Source of the DNA: an uncultured Chloroflexia bacterium
Lineage (GTDB): Bacteria > Chloroflexota > Anaerolineae > JAAYZQ01
Direction of reading: 5' to 3'
DNA length: 64,000 bases
Assembly: GCA_963700285.1 (NCBI GenBank)
Contig: CAVOXA010000014.1
Location: 32,001-96,000 of the forward strand
The position numbers and the translations under genes were made by a program. How positions within the stretch are numbered: position 1 is the first letter of the stretch; every line of letters starts with the position of its first letter. Below, one piece after another: positions 1 to 10,419 of this stretch. The notes below the pieces were generated by a model. The model made no database searches and was not told the origin of the DNA. It saw only the letters and a list, made by a program, of their open reading frames with translations.

Positions 1-1
1 G

Positions 2-3000
2 GCCATCTTTGGCCTGGCCGGCCTGTTCGCCTACAACCTGCTGCCGGGCAAGAGCGACGATCAGGAATGGTACGATTGGTACGCCGACCCCAATCCCGAA
101 AAGGGCATTACCCACTCTGGCAAGTGGAGCAAGGTCCAACCAGGCGCCTTTGCCTTTGGGGCGGGCATGGTCCTGGGCGTTCTGCCCAACGGCTATGCCT
201 TTTCCGGTGAGATGCTGCTGGTCGTGCTGATCCCGGGTCCGGTCCTGATGATCGAGGGCAAAGCCCAGTTCCTGAGCCAGCGAGGTGATCTGGGCGAATC
301 GGAGGCCCAGTTCCATACCTTTGCCGTGCTGGACATCCCCGGCGGTTACTACCAGTTCAACGTCGATGCCAGCTATGTTCTTCCCAAGGACGGGACAGCG
401 CGGGGCGACGTCCTGGACATGGGCGGCGGCGCCGAGGCCTATTTCAACTTGGGCGACATGAACGCATGGCACCTTTACCTGGGCCAGAAGGCCAAGGAGA
501 AGCGCCTGCGCGCCGACATTCTCAACCTGTTTCGGGCCGACGCCTACTTTATGATGGAGGCCCCCCAGGTCGCCATGGGCTCCTCCATCGGATTCGATGA
601 AGACTGGCAATTTGGCCCAGTCAGGGTGGCCCTGGTGGCCCTCATCGAGGGGGAGGCCGTCGTAAGCTGGATGCCGGCCCAGTTCTGGGGCCAGCTTGCC
701 CTGGAGGGCGGCATCGACGTCCGCGCCTGCGGTATCCGGATCAGCCTGGGGACCGGCGCAGACGTCGAGCTCAAGACCCCGGCGCCCTACTATCTGGGCG
801 CCAGTGTCTGGGTCCGGGTCAAGCTGCCCTGGCCGGTCAAGGATTTTGAGACCAGGCTCGAGCTCGAATGGCAAAAGCAAGCCGAGCCGCCGGTGCCCGT
901 GCCCCTTCAGGGCATTTCTGTCGAGCACCTGAAGGTCAGTGACAAGTGGGACCTGGCCGTATCACCGGTCTATGACGAGCCGGACAACCCCGGCTACTAT
1001 GCCCGGGCCAGCGCCCTGCCGCCCCAACAGGTCACCAACCCCGTAGTGCCGCCCGACGCACGCATCGTCCTCAACTTTGCCAAACCGGTGCTCGACGCCT
1101 CTCAGATCGGGGACAACTATACGACACCTGGAGCGGAGATCATTGACGGCGGGGACTACCGCTTTGAGTACAGCCTGGACGCCGTATCCCTCTTCCAGCG
1201 CTCGGGCAGTAACTGGATCCAGGTCGCCACGCCGCTATACGGCATGTGGCAGTGGAAGAACGACGGCGATCCTGAGAACTTATCGCTGATGCTCTGGACC
1301 CATACCCCCTACGAGTACACCCGCGAAATGATCGACCAGGCCGGCTTTATCCAGGGCCTGCTGAACGGCTCCAATTACTACCCCTGCGACTACCCGGTCG
1401 AGCCCGAGCAGATCTGTGTCGATTTTGAGGACTTTGAATACGGCCACACTTTCCCGGCGAGATTCCAACACCAGGGCTTTGTCTTCCTGGCCCAGGCGGG
1501 CAATCGAATCGCCAAGCACCAGGGTCCCGAGTGCCCAGTCACCAGGGCGCTACACATCTACCACGATGGGCCGGTCACCATCTACCCGCCCGAACCACTG
1601 CAGGCCCTGGACCTCTGCATCCAGGCCTCCTTCGAGTTCGAACTTTGGGTGACCTTTACCAAAGGCAAGCGCGCGACCTATCCCATCGTGGGTAAGGAGC
1701 AGGTGATCAAGGTCTCCCCCTCGGCCAAGGTAGGCCTCATTGAAAAGCTGGAGATCCGCGGAGGTGCCGGCTACGATATCGAGCGGATCTGCTACGTAAC
1801 CGAGGCCGCGGCCGCGGTGGGCCGGGCCTACCTCGAGCAGACCCAGCACCTGGCCCAGACCCTGGTCGAACACTGGCAGGGCGAGGCAATCCTGCTGGAG
1901 CCCCTGACCGAGTACAAGGTCGTCGCCGATACGGCCGCGGTGCGCGCCGGGCCCAACGGCTCCGCCCAGGAGTTCAGGTTCAGCCAGGAGGCGCATTTCC
2001 AGACCGGCCTGCCCGCCGGCAGCCTCGGCGCCGGCGACGCGGACCAGCAGCTGGACACCTCGGCCCCCACCCTCTATCCCGGCAGCGGCCCGTTGATCGA
2101 CCTGTCGGCCTACATCCAGCGCACCATCCCAACCGGCGGCGGGCGTTTCCACTACCGCGGCTATGACCTGGGCGTCGAGTTCAACGAGAGCTATGTGGAG
2201 CAGATGTTCCTTATGGCTGGCGCGCCCCTGGCCATAGAAATTAGTGACAACAATGACCAGCCCCTGCGCGATGAGACCGGTGCCGTCATCGAGCTCCAGA
2301 ATGCCTGGGGCGACAACCCTTCCCTAACGCCCTCGGTGTCCGAGACGTTCTACGCCCGCCACGTCTCTGCCGAGGAGTGCGCAACTATCACAACCACAAT
2401 CCTGCCGCCGCAGCGGGGATTGCAGGGCTTGGTATCCCAACCGCTGGAACCCATGACCCCCTACACCGTACACCTGCGCTCCAGCCCCTACTCGGTCTAT
2501 CGCTTCGCCTTCACCACCTCCCGCTACACCGGCTTTGCCGACCATATCAGCTCCTACCGCGACATGGTCTGGCGCCAGGCCTTTAGCGACGACAAGCTCT
2601 CCGACGTAGAATTCGAGGCGATGGCGGCCCCGGTGCTGGCCGGTGAGGCGACCTACGAGAGCCTGGCCGCCGAATTGGGGCTGGGCTACCGCAGGCCGCC
2701 GGAACAGCTAGAGATCACGGCCTTGCACGATGCCTCACGGACCTTCGCCCTGCTCCTGGAGAGCCCCGAGCCCTTCGACTGGGGCCGCATCGAGCTGGCG
2801 GTCCTCAGGATGCGCGGCAGGGGGCGCACGGAAGAGATCGTCCACCAACGGCTGCTAAACGGAGACGGCACCCGGGGGCTGCTCTTCCGCGGGTCGAGCG
2901 ACGGCACCATCCGGCCCTGGCCTCCCGCTGATTATGTCCTGGACTGGCGGTTCCGCCTGGACATCGGCCCGGACCACCCAGTCCTAAAGCGAAATGGCGA

Positions 3001-3043
3001 CAGCGCCGACGAAGTTGCCCAACTAAAGTTCACCCTGAAATGA
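2..3043 (+). CDS. Very large hypothetical protein, 5'-truncated by window edge (beta-rich, multi-module)
   Basis: Frame is open from base 2 (AIFGLAGLFAYNLLPGK...) through the annotated 958-aa ORF to TGA at 3043; strong coding codon bias; no catalytic motif recognised. Confidence 0.8.
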   Translation, partial: AIFGLAGLFAYNLLPGKSDDQEWYDWYADPNPEKGITHSGKWSKVQPGAFAFGAGMVLGVLPNGYAFSGEMLLVVLIPGPVLMIEGKAQFLSQRGDLGESEAQFHTFAVLDIPGGYYQFNVDASYVLPKDGTARGDVLDMGGGAEAYFNLGDMNAWHLYLGQKAKEKRLRADILNLFRADAYFMMEAPQVAMGSSIGFDEDWQFGPVRVALVALIEGEAVVSWMPAQFWGQLALEGGIDVRACGIRISLGTGADVELKTPAPYYLGASVWVRVKLPWPVKDFETRLELEWQKQAEPPVPVPLQGISVEHLKVSDKWDLAVSPVYDEPDNPGYYARASALPPQQVTNPVVPPDARIVLNFAKPVLDASQIGDNYTTPGAEIIDGGDYRFEYSLDAVSLFQRSGSNWIQVATPLYGMWQWKNDGDPENLSLMLWTHTPYEYTREMIDQAGFIQGLLNGSNYYPCDYPVEPEQICVDFEDFEYGHTFPARFQHQGFVFLAQAGNRIAKHQGPECPVTRALHIYHDGPVTIYPPEPLQALDLCIQASFEFELWVTFTKGKRATYPIVGKEQVIKVSPSAKVGLIEKLEIRGGAGYDIERICYVTEAAAAVGRAYLEQTQHLAQTLVEHWQGEAILLEPLTEYKVVADTAAVRAGPNGSAQEFRFSQEAHFQTGLPAGSLGAGDADQQLDTSAPTLYPGSGPLIDLSAYIQRTIPTGGGRFHYRGYDLGVEFNESYVEQMFLMAGAPLAIEISDNNDQPLRDETGAVIELQNAWGDNPSLTPSVSETFYARHVSAEECATITTTILPPQRGLQGLVSQPLEPMTPYTVHLRSSPYSVYRFAFTTSRYTGFADHISSYRDMVWRQAFSDDKLSDVEFEAMAAPVLAGEATYESLAAELGLGYRRPPEQLEITALHDASRTFALLLESPEPFDWGRIELAVLRMRGRGRTEEIVHQRLLNGDGTRGLLFRGSSDGTIRPWPPADYVLDWRFRLDIGPDHPVLKRNGDSADEVAQLKFTLK

Positions 3044-3156
3044 ACATCCCCACTGCCAACCACCGGCCCCACCCCACAGGCAGGGCTGACGCTCCGCGAT
3101 GCCCTGCCTGTGGCTGGCGCCTCCTCGGCCAGGGCATCGAGCGCCGCGCGGGCAAT

Positions 3157-3185
3157 TTGACTTGCCCGCCCTCTTGGCTTATACT
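3157..3185 (+). promoter_or_regulatory. sigma70-type promoter
   Basis: TTGACT-17bp-TATACT upstream of the decarboxylase. Confidence 0.65.
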
Positions 3186-3237
3186 GCACCCGCCACGCAG
3201 GTGCCGGACCCTGCAGTTCTGACAAGAGGGGTTTGCA

Positions 3238-4686
3238 ATGCCCGCAGACAACAGCTACCATATGACACCGGACGAGTTCCGGGAAGCTGGCCGCGCGGCC
3301 GTAGATTGGATCGCCGACTACTATGAGCAGATCGAATCCTTTCCCGTGCTATCCCAGGTCGAGCCCGGGCAGATCCGTGCCTCGCTGCCCCCGGATCCAC
3401 CGCAGCGGGGTGAGTCTTTCGACGCCATCCTGCGCGACATGCAGGACCTGATCCTGCCCGGCGTCACCCACTGGCAGTCACCCAACTTTTTTGCCCTGTT
3501 TCCCGCAAACGCCTCCGGTCCGTCCATGCTCGGGGAGTTCTTGTCGGCGGGCCTTGGGGTCGTGGGCATGCTATGGGCCACCAGCCCGGCCTGCACCGAG
3601 CTGGAGACCCACGTCCTGGATTGGGTCGCCGACATGTTGGGGCTGCCGGCCACATTCAAATCGGACGGGCCGGGCGGCGGCGTGATCCAGGACTCGGCCT
3701 CTGCCGCCGCGCTGTGCGCCCTGCTCGCCGCCCGCGAGCGCGCCACAGACTATGCCAGCAACGAACGCGGCGGCGACAGGCGCTTGGTGGCTTACGCCTC
3801 TAGCCAGACCCACTCTTCCCTGGAAAAGGGTGTCATGATCGCCGGCATTGGTCGGCAGAACCTGCGCCAGATTGACGTAGACGAGCACTTTGCTATGCGA
3901 CCCGACGCACTCGCCCAGCAGATCGAACGCGATCAACAGGCAGGGCTTCTGCCCTTCTTTGTCTGCGCCACGGTGGGCACCACCTCCTCGAACGCCATGG
4001 ACCCCGTGCCCGAGATCGGTCGCGTCTGCCGCGACGAGGGGCTCTGGCTGCACGTGGACGCGGCCATGTCCGGAACGGCCGCCCTGTGTCCCGAATTTCG
4101 CTACCTCCAGGATGGGATCGAGCTGGCCGACAGCTATTGCTTCAACCCCCACAAGTGGATGTTCACCAACCTGGACTGCGACTGCTTCTACGTCGCCGAT
4201 CGGTCGGCGCTGATCCAGGCCCTGAGCATCTTGCCCGAGTACCTGCGCAACCAGGCCAGCGAATCAGGCGCCGTCATCGACTATCGGGACTGGCAGATCC
4301 CCCTGAGCCGGCGTTTTCGGGCTCTGAAGCTATGGTTTGTCATCCGCCACTATGGCATAGAGGGCCTGCGCTACCACGTCCGGCGCCATGTCGAGCTGGC
4401 CCAAGAATTCGCGAGCTGGGTGGACGCGCACAAGCACTTTGAACTCGTGGTTCCGGCCCCGCTCAACCTGGTCTGCTTCCGGCACGTGGCCGGCGACGCC
4501 TTCAACGAACGGCTGCTGGAGCGCATCAACAGCAGCGGGGATCTGTACATGACTCACACCAAGCTGGATGGCGTGTACACGCTGCGATTCTGCGTTGGGC
4601 AGACCCATACCGAAGCGCGCCACGTGCGGCGCGCATGGCAACGCATCCAGCAGGCGGCATCGGAACTGGAGTCTTGCCCCGCGTGA
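3238..4686 (+). CDS. PLP-dependent aromatic-L-amino-acid decarboxylase (group II, DDC/TDC family)
   Basis: PGVTHWQSPNFFA, SPACTELE, WLHVDAA, FNPHKW (PLP lysine), DYRDWQIPLSRRFRALKLWFV. Confidence 0.92.
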   Translation: MPADNSYHMTPDEFREAGRAAVDWIADYYEQIESFPVLSQVEPGQIRASLPPDPPQRGESFDAILRDMQDLILPGVTHWQSPNFFALFPANASGPSMLGEFLSAGLGVVGMLWATSPACTELETHVLDWVADMLGLPATFKSDGPGGGVIQDSASAAALCALLAARERATDYASNERGGDRRLVAYASSQTHSSLEKGVMIAGIGRQNLRQIDVDEHFAMRPDALAQQIERDQQAGLLPFFVCATVGTTSSNAMDPVPEIGRVCRDEGLWLHVDAAMSGTAALCPEFRYLQDGIELADSYCFNPHKWMFTNLDCDCFYVADRSALIQALSILPEYLRNQASESGAVIDYRDWQIPLSRRFRALKLWFVIRHYGIEGLRYHVRRHVELAQEFASWVDAHKHFELVVPAPLNLVCFRHVAGDAFNERLLERINSSGDLYMTHTKLDGVYTLRFCVGQTHTEARHVRRAWQRIQQAASELESCPA

Positions 4687-4805
4687 CGGCCCGGATCGAG
4701 TCTGGGAGCCCCTTTTTCGCAAGCTTGACGCCCTGAGCAGGCTGGTCTACAATGCAGGCACAACGATGTCAGACATAGAGAACCATACCACGGAGGAATA
4801 GACTT

Positions 4806-6188
4806 ATGTCCGAATCCCTCTCACTCGACGCGCCGGTGATTGCCGACGTTGACATACTTGTCTGCGGCGGTGGTCCTGCCGGGATTGGCGCCGCGCTGGC
4901 GGCGGCTCGCCAGGGCGCCAGTACCATGCTCGTCGAACAGCAAGGCTGCCTGGGCGGAGTCGCGACCAGTGGCCTGATTGGTACCTGGTTCGGCAGCTAT
5001 TCTCGCGACGGCCGCTATCCGGTCGTTGAAGGAATCTTCAAAGAGATTGTCGACGAATTGGTCGCCCAGGGCGCCGCCAAACCACCCACCAACGACCGCG
5101 ATGGCGGTTCGGCCTACAGCGGATATGCCCCCTGGCATCGGGCCACCGTTCCCTTTGAGTTCGAAGCTGCCAAGCGCCTGTTTGACCAGATGTTACTCCA
5201 AGCTGGTGTAACACTGCGCTATTTCACAAGTGCCCTATTCCCAAAAACCGAGAACAGCCGAATTCAAGGCATGTTTGTCGCCTCCAAGAACGGCATCGAG
5301 TTCATCCGGGCGAAAGCCATCGTTGACGCCACCGGCGATGCCGATGTCGCCTACCGGGCCGGCTGCCCCATGCTCATCGGCCTGGAAGAAGAAGGACACC
5401 GGGGCTGGATGACGCCTGGTTCAATGTCCTTTGTTCTGGAAGGGGTGGATGCCGGAGCCTTTGGAGACTATTGCCGCGCCGGAGACTATCGCTTCCGCGA
5501 GCTGATCGGTAGCTTGCGCGAGAAGGACGAATGGCCCTTCAGCGACAACATCTTTATCGCCTTCGAGCTGCCCAATCCCAGGCAGTATTACGTCAAGGTC
5601 AGCCCCACCACCCACGACCAAGGATTCGACGGCACCGACGCCGATACGCTCACCAGGGGCATGATCGAGGGGCGCAAGTCGGTCAAGAAGCTGCTAGATA
5701 TCCTGCGCCGGCACTTCCCGGGCTTTGCCAATGCACGGCTCACGCAGACATCGCCGGTATTTGGGGTGCGCACCACGCGGCGCATCGTGGGCGAGTACAA
5801 GGTGACGGTCAGTGATGTACTTGAGGGAAAGGATTTTGAGGACACCATCGCGCTGACCGGCTACCACTGGGACATGGCGACCCCTGGGACCGAACAGCGC
5901 ATGCTGCACAAGGTCGAGATCGCGCTGCCCTACGCCTCTGTCCCTTTCCGCTGCATCGTTCCCCAGGGCATCGACAACCTGCTGGCCCCGGGTCGCGCCG
6001 TCTCGGCCGAATGGGATGTATTGGGGCCATACCGCATCATGCCCGCGGTTTTCGCCATGGGTCAGGGGGCGGGGACCGCGGCCGCCATGGCCGTCAACAA
6101 TGGCGTAGCCATGCGCGATATTGACATCGTGGCCTTGCGCAAAAGCCTGCGCGCGCAGGGTGCGATCGTGGATGGCCCAGAGTCATAG
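4806..6188 (+). CDS. FAD-dependent oxidoreductase (FAD_oxidored family)
   Basis: GGGPAG dinucleotide motif, DATGDADVA, GVRTTRRIVGEY, NLLAPGRAVS, MGQGAGTAAA. Confidence 0.88.
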   Translation: MSESLSLDAPVIADVDILVCGGGPAGIGAALAAARQGASTMLVEQQGCLGGVATSGLIGTWFGSYSRDGRYPVVEGIFKEIVDELVAQGAAKPPTNDRDGGSAYSGYAPWHRATVPFEFEAAKRLFDQMLLQAGVTLRYFTSALFPKTENSRIQGMFVASKNGIEFIRAKAIVDATGDADVAYRAGCPMLIGLEEEGHRGWMTPGSMSFVLEGVDAGAFGDYCRAGDYRFRELIGSLREKDEWPFSDNIFIAFELPNPRQYYVKVSPTTHDQGFDGTDADTLTRGMIEGRKSVKKLLDILRRHFPGFANARLTQTSPVFGVRTTRRIVGEYKVTVSDVLEGKDFEDTIALTGYHWDMATPGTEQRMLHKVEIALPYASVPFRCIVPQGIDNLLAPGRAVSAEWDVLGPYRIMPAVFAMGQGAGTAAAMAVNNGVAMRDIDIVALRKSLRAQGAIVDGPES

Positions 6189-6221
6189 CTCGCAGCCCTA
6201 TCTTCGGAGCCACCGTGCATC

Positions 6222-7100
6222 ATGGCACAGATTGAGATCATCGACACCTTTCCCCATTTTCTGTCCTTTTGGGCAGATGCCCGGCATCTTTCCTTGGAGG
6301 CGCTGGCGGAAAGCTGGGCCCAGGAGTATATGGCAGCCTGGCCTGAACTCCTGGCCAAACAGGTCAACGACTATGAGAGCCAGGGCGAGGACTGGCGGGC
6401 CGTCGCCCTGCAAAGGGTATTCCCCTTTCTGGATGAGAGGTTGCCGGCCATGAAGGCGGCCCACAGGAATTTGCTGGAGGCATGTGGGCCGCTCTACACC
6501 AGGGCGGAAGAGGTGATGGGGTTCGCGAGCGACGCTGTCTTTGTCATCCACGTGGGCATCGGCTGCGGTGCCGGATGGGTGACAACCTACCAGGACTCGC
6601 CGGCCATCCTGTACGGTCTGGAGAACATCGCCGAGTGCTGCTGGAGCGAACCGCCAGCCATCACGGGACTGATCGCCCACGAGGTCGGGCACCTGGTCCA
6701 TTTTCACTGGCGTGCGCAGCGCGGCGCGCCCCAAGGACAAGGTCCCTGGTGGCAGCTCTACGAAGAAGGCTTTGCCCAGCGTTGCGAGCACCTAATCCTG
6801 GGTCAAGACACCTGGCACATGAAGGAGGGCAGGGACGACGACTGGCTGGCCTGGTGTCAGGCTCACAGGGCCGAGTTGGCGGCCGAGTACCTGCGGTCCG
6901 TGGACCAGGGCATGCCGGTACGCCCCTTCTTTGGATCGTGGTATGACGTCAAAGGTCACCGCCAGACCGGCTACTATCTCGGGCACGAGCTGATCCGGGA
7001 GCTGGAAAAGAGTTTGGAGCTGCGGCAGATAGCGCTGCTCGACAGCCAGGATCCGACACTGCGAGACGCCTTGACAATGATGGCGGCGGGATCTGTCTGA
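6222..7100 (+). CDS. Putative Zn-dependent protease (DUF2268-like)
   Basis: AHEVGH motif, EEGFA, GYYLG. Confidence 0.65.
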   Translation: MAQIEIIDTFPHFLSFWADARHLSLEALAESWAQEYMAAWPELLAKQVNDYESQGEDWRAVALQRVFPFLDERLPAMKAAHRNLLEACGPLYTRAEEVMGFASDAVFVIHVGIGCGAGWVTTYQDSPAILYGLENIAECCWSEPPAITGLIAHEVGHLVHFHWRAQRGAPQGQGPWWQLYEEGFAQRCEHLILGQDTWHMKEGRDDDWLAWCQAHRAELAAEYLRSVDQGMPVRPFFGSWYDVKGHRQTGYYLGHELIRELEKSLELRQIALLDSQDPTLRDALTMMAAGSV

Positions 7101-7107
7101 CCGTACC

Positions 7108-7824
7108 ATGGAGTTCTATTTCGTACGCCACGGCGAGAGCGAAGCGAATCTCCTGAACGTTGTCTCCAACCGGGGCACAGTTCACGGCCTGACCGGCAAG
7201 GGGAAGCGACAGGCGGTCGCACTGGCCAGGGTGCTCCGTCACAGGGGCATCACCCGGCTCTACACCAGCCCCTTGCTGCGGGCCGTGCAAACGACAGAGA
7301 TCCTGGCCGGCGTCCTGGACCTGCCCTATGTGATCGCGGCTGCGCTTCGCGAGTATGACTGCGGCATCATCGAGGGCAGATCCGACGCCGCCGGTTGGGA
7401 TCTCTACCATGCGCTGTGGCGTGATTGGAAAGAGCAGGGCAGGTGGGAGCGCCGCATCGAGGGCGGCGAAAGCTACCTCGACATCAAGGCTCGCTTTGTG
7501 CCCTTTATCGAGCAGCTCGTCGTCCAATACCAGGGGGCGCCGGAGCGCATCGCCCTCATTGGGCACGGCGGCACCTACCGCTGCATGCTGTCCCTGGTCC
7601 TGCCGAACGTAGACTTGGACTTTGCCGCCACCCACCCTATCGAGTGTACCGGCTATGTGATCGCCGAAGCGAGGGATGAAGGATTGGTCTGCACCAAGTG
7701 GGCGGCATCGGCCGGGCCCGTTCCTAGCGCGCGCTCTTGTACTGCAGCAAATTCGCCGAGCAATACTCAGAGGCGAGAACCGTTCGTAGTAGGCGCTTCA
7801 GCGCCGTTCTGGATAGTAACTTGA
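7108..7824 (+). CDS. Histidine phosphatase family protein
   Basis: VRHGES, SPLLRAVQT, LREYDCG, GGES, GHGG; the C-terminus runs into the REP repeat. Confidence 0.88.
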   Translation: MEFYFVRHGESEANLLNVVSNRGTVHGLTGKGKRQAVALARVLRHRGITRLYTSPLLRAVQTTEILAGVLDLPYVIAAALREYDCGIIEGRSDAAGWDLYHALWRDWKEQGRWERRIEGGESYLDIKARFVPFIEQLVVQYQGAPERIALIGHGGTYRCMLSLVLPNVDLDFAATHPIECTGYVIAEARDEGLVCTKWAASAGPVPSARSCTAANSPSNTQRREPFVVGASAPFWIVT

Positions 7825-8243
7825 CTTGCGGCCCAGATAGCGCGTTGAAACGCGCACTACCAACGGGACCTGACCTGGCTCAAGCCGGTCCGTAGTCGGC
7901 GCTTTTGTACCGTTACGAATTAACCAAGCATTACTCAGAGGCGAGAACCGTTCGTAGTAGGCGCTTCAGCGCCGTTCTGGATAGTAACTTGACTTGCGGC
8001 CCAGATAGCGCGTTGAAACGCGCACTACCAACGGGACCTGACCTGGCTCAAGCCGGTCTGTAGTCGGCGCTTTTGTACCGTTACGAATTAACCAAGCATT
8101 ACTCAGAGGCGAGAACCGTTCGTAGTAGGCGCTTCAGCGCCGTTCTGGATAGTAACTTGACTTGCGGCCCAGATAGCGCGTTGAAACGCGCACTACCAAC
8201 GGGACCTGACCTGGCTCAAGCCGGTCTGTAGTCGGCGCTTTTG
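7764..8243. repeat. Tandem array of ~2.9 copies of a 168-bp unit containing GTAG-type REP hairpins (BIME/REPIN-like)
   Basis: Units start at 7764, 7932 and 8100; near-identical (one C/T difference seen); each holds GTAGTA-GGCGCT-TC-AGCGCC and an opposite-strand GTAGT-GCGCGTT-TC-AACGCGC. Confidence 0.92.
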
Positions 8244-8291
8244 CAGCGCTTTGGTTGAGAATCACACAATCATGTCAAGGGAGGCAGTTCA

Positions 8292-9489
8292 ATGGCAGTT
8301 CGCTATGTGGTTCTGGGAGCCGGACGGCAGGGAGTGGCCGCCGCTTACGATATGGTACGCCACGGCGATGCTGTGTCCGTGGTACTGGCCGACCTGGATC
8401 TCGCCCTGGCCCAGGCCGGCGCGCAGAAGGTCAACGAATTGCTTGGCACTGCCGTCGTCAGCGCCCGAATGGTGAATGCAGCCGACGAGACAGCATTGGC
8501 GGCTCTGCTGGCCGGCGCCGACTCGGCCCTGAGCACTGTCCCCCCCTACCTCAACGTCGGCGCCAGCCGGGCAGCCATCGCTGCCCGCACCCACCTCTGC
8601 GACCTGGGCGGCGAGATCGAGTACGTGCTGGCAACAGCTCGCCCTGGAAGACGAGGCCCGCGAAGCGGGTGTCTCTATCATCCCGGACTGTGGGTTGCTG
8701 CCGGGAATGGGCAACACCCTGGCGGTCCATGCCATGGATCAGATGGACCAGCCCCGCGAGGTACGGATCTGGGTCGGCGGCTTGCCCCAGGACCCCCAGC
8801 CGCCCTTCAACTATGGCCTCTATTTCCCCGTAGAAGGGCTGACCATGGAATACGACGGGACGGCCACCGTGCTGCGCGAAGGCAGGCGAACCGAGCTGCC
8901 GCCCTTTGCCGAGGTGGAGGCCGTCCAGTTCCCCCAGCCATTGGGTCGTTGCGAGGCATTCATCACTACCGCCGGCGCCTCGACCTGTCCCTGGACCTAC
9001 GAAGGCCGGCTGGAAGTCTTTCAGGAAAAGACGGTACGCTACCCCGGTCACGCGGCCATGTTTGGCGCCTTCCGTGAGCTGGGCCTGTTCAGCCCGGAGC
9101 CGGTGGAGGTCAAGGGCCAAGCCGTCGTTCCCCAGGACCTGTACCACACCCTGCTGGAGCCCAGGCTGCGGGCCGCCGGCAACCGGGACGTGGTCGTCCT
9201 GCGCGTCTCCTGCCGGGGAATGGACCAGGGCTGGGAAACCGAGGTGGTCCTCGAGTTGATGGACCTTTTCGACGAGGCAACCGGCTTCACCGCCATGGAA
9301 CGCACCACCGCCTTCCCTGCGGCCGTCGTCGCCCAACTGATGGCCCGGGGCGAGACGCCCAGGGGCGCCATCCGACTCGAACTGGCGGTACCGCCCCTGC
9401 CCTTCCTGGCCCAGGCAAGGCGCCGCGGGTTCGTCTTTTTGGAGGATGTCCAGAGAGCCGAACAGATGGAGAAGGAAGGTCATGCCTGA
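8292..9489 (+). CDS. Saccharopine dehydrogenase / lysine 6-dehydrogenase family protein (frameshift near 8640)
   Basis: N-half GAGRQG Rossmann motif and CDLGG; C-half PDCGLLPG, VGGLPQDP, KTVRYPGH, TAMERTTAFP. Confidence 0.85.
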
Positions 9490-10291
9490 ACTTCCAGAGA
9501 TCGCCGTTTTCGCGCGCGACATGCAGCAGGAGCTTGCCGGCAGAACCTTCAGCGGCGTTGAGGTCCTGCAGCCCAAATGTCTCAATGTGCCGGTCGAGGA
9601 ATTTCAGGCAGCGCTAACCGGCGCCCGGATCCGCAGTGTAACGCCCCACGGCAAGTGGCTGCAGGTCGAGACCACCACAGGCTGGCTTCTGCTCGGCCTG
9701 GGCATGGGCGGTGAGATCCTGTTGACCAACCGGGGTTGCCTGCCAGAGAAGTACCGTCTCATCCTGGATTTCGACGATGGGGACTGCCTGGCCATCAACT
9801 TCTGGTGGTTCGGCTACGCGCATTATGTCGAGAACCTGGCCGACCACCCCATGGTATCCTCGCTCGGGCCAGATTTCATGACCCTGTCGCTGGACGACTT
9901 TCGCCTGCTGCTGCGGGGTCGCCGCGGCGGCATCAAGGCCTTCCTGCTCGACCAGAAGCGCGTGGCCGGCATCGGCAACGTCTACGGCCAGGACCCGCTC
10001 TTCAAGGCAGGTATCCACCCCCTCAGGACGATCAACACCCTGGCCAGCGACGAGATCGACGCTCTGTGGCAAGCGATCCGGGAGACGTTGCAGGAGAGCA
10101 TCGACCTGGGTGGCACCGCCTGGGAGCAGAACCTGTACGGCAGCAAGGGCCGCTGGGACCGCAGCTTCTTCCTGGTCGCCTACCGGGAGGGCGAGCCCTG
10201 TCCCACCTGCGGCAGGGCGGTGGAAAAGATCAAGACCGGCAGCACCAGCAGCCATGTCTGCCCCAACTGCCAGCGATTGGAGACATTGTGA
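9482..10291 (+). CDS. Fpg/Nei family DNA glycosylase/AP lyase
   Basis: MPELPE N-terminus, GK motif, LLDQ..VAGIGNVY H2TH motif, CPTC...CPNCQ zinc finger. Confidence 0.9.
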   Translation: MPELPEIAVFARDMQQELAGRTFSGVEVLQPKCLNVPVEEFQAALTGARIRSVTPHGKWLQVETTTGWLLLGLGMGGEILLTNRGCLPEKYRLILDFDDGDCLAINFWWFGYAHYVENLADHPMVSSLGPDFMTLSLDDFRLLLRGRRGGIKAFLLDQKRVAGIGNVYGQDPLFKAGIHPLRTINTLASDEIDALWQAIRETLQESIDLGGTAWEQNLYGSKGRWDRSFFLVAYREGEPCPTCGRAVEKIKTGSTSSHVCPNCQRLETL

Positions 10292-10320
10292 CAGGTTTCG
10301 CTGGCGATCCACAGGATGGT

Positions 10321-10349
10321 TTGACACAGTACTGTACCTAAGATAGAAT
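10321..10349 (+). promoter_or_regulatory. sigma70 promoter with an overlapping palindrome (ACAGTACTGT)
   Basis: TTGACA-17bp-TAGAAT. Confidence 0.7.
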
Positions 10350-10419
10350 ACTGCAATTCAGTACAGAGACAAGAAACCAGCGGACAGGGATCTTGCCCTG
10401 ACCGGGAGAAGAAGAAACT

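Noticed and set aside
7764-8243. CRISPR array
   Set aside because: The 168-bp units are identical throughout with no variable spacers, and no cas genes are present; it fits a REP mosaic
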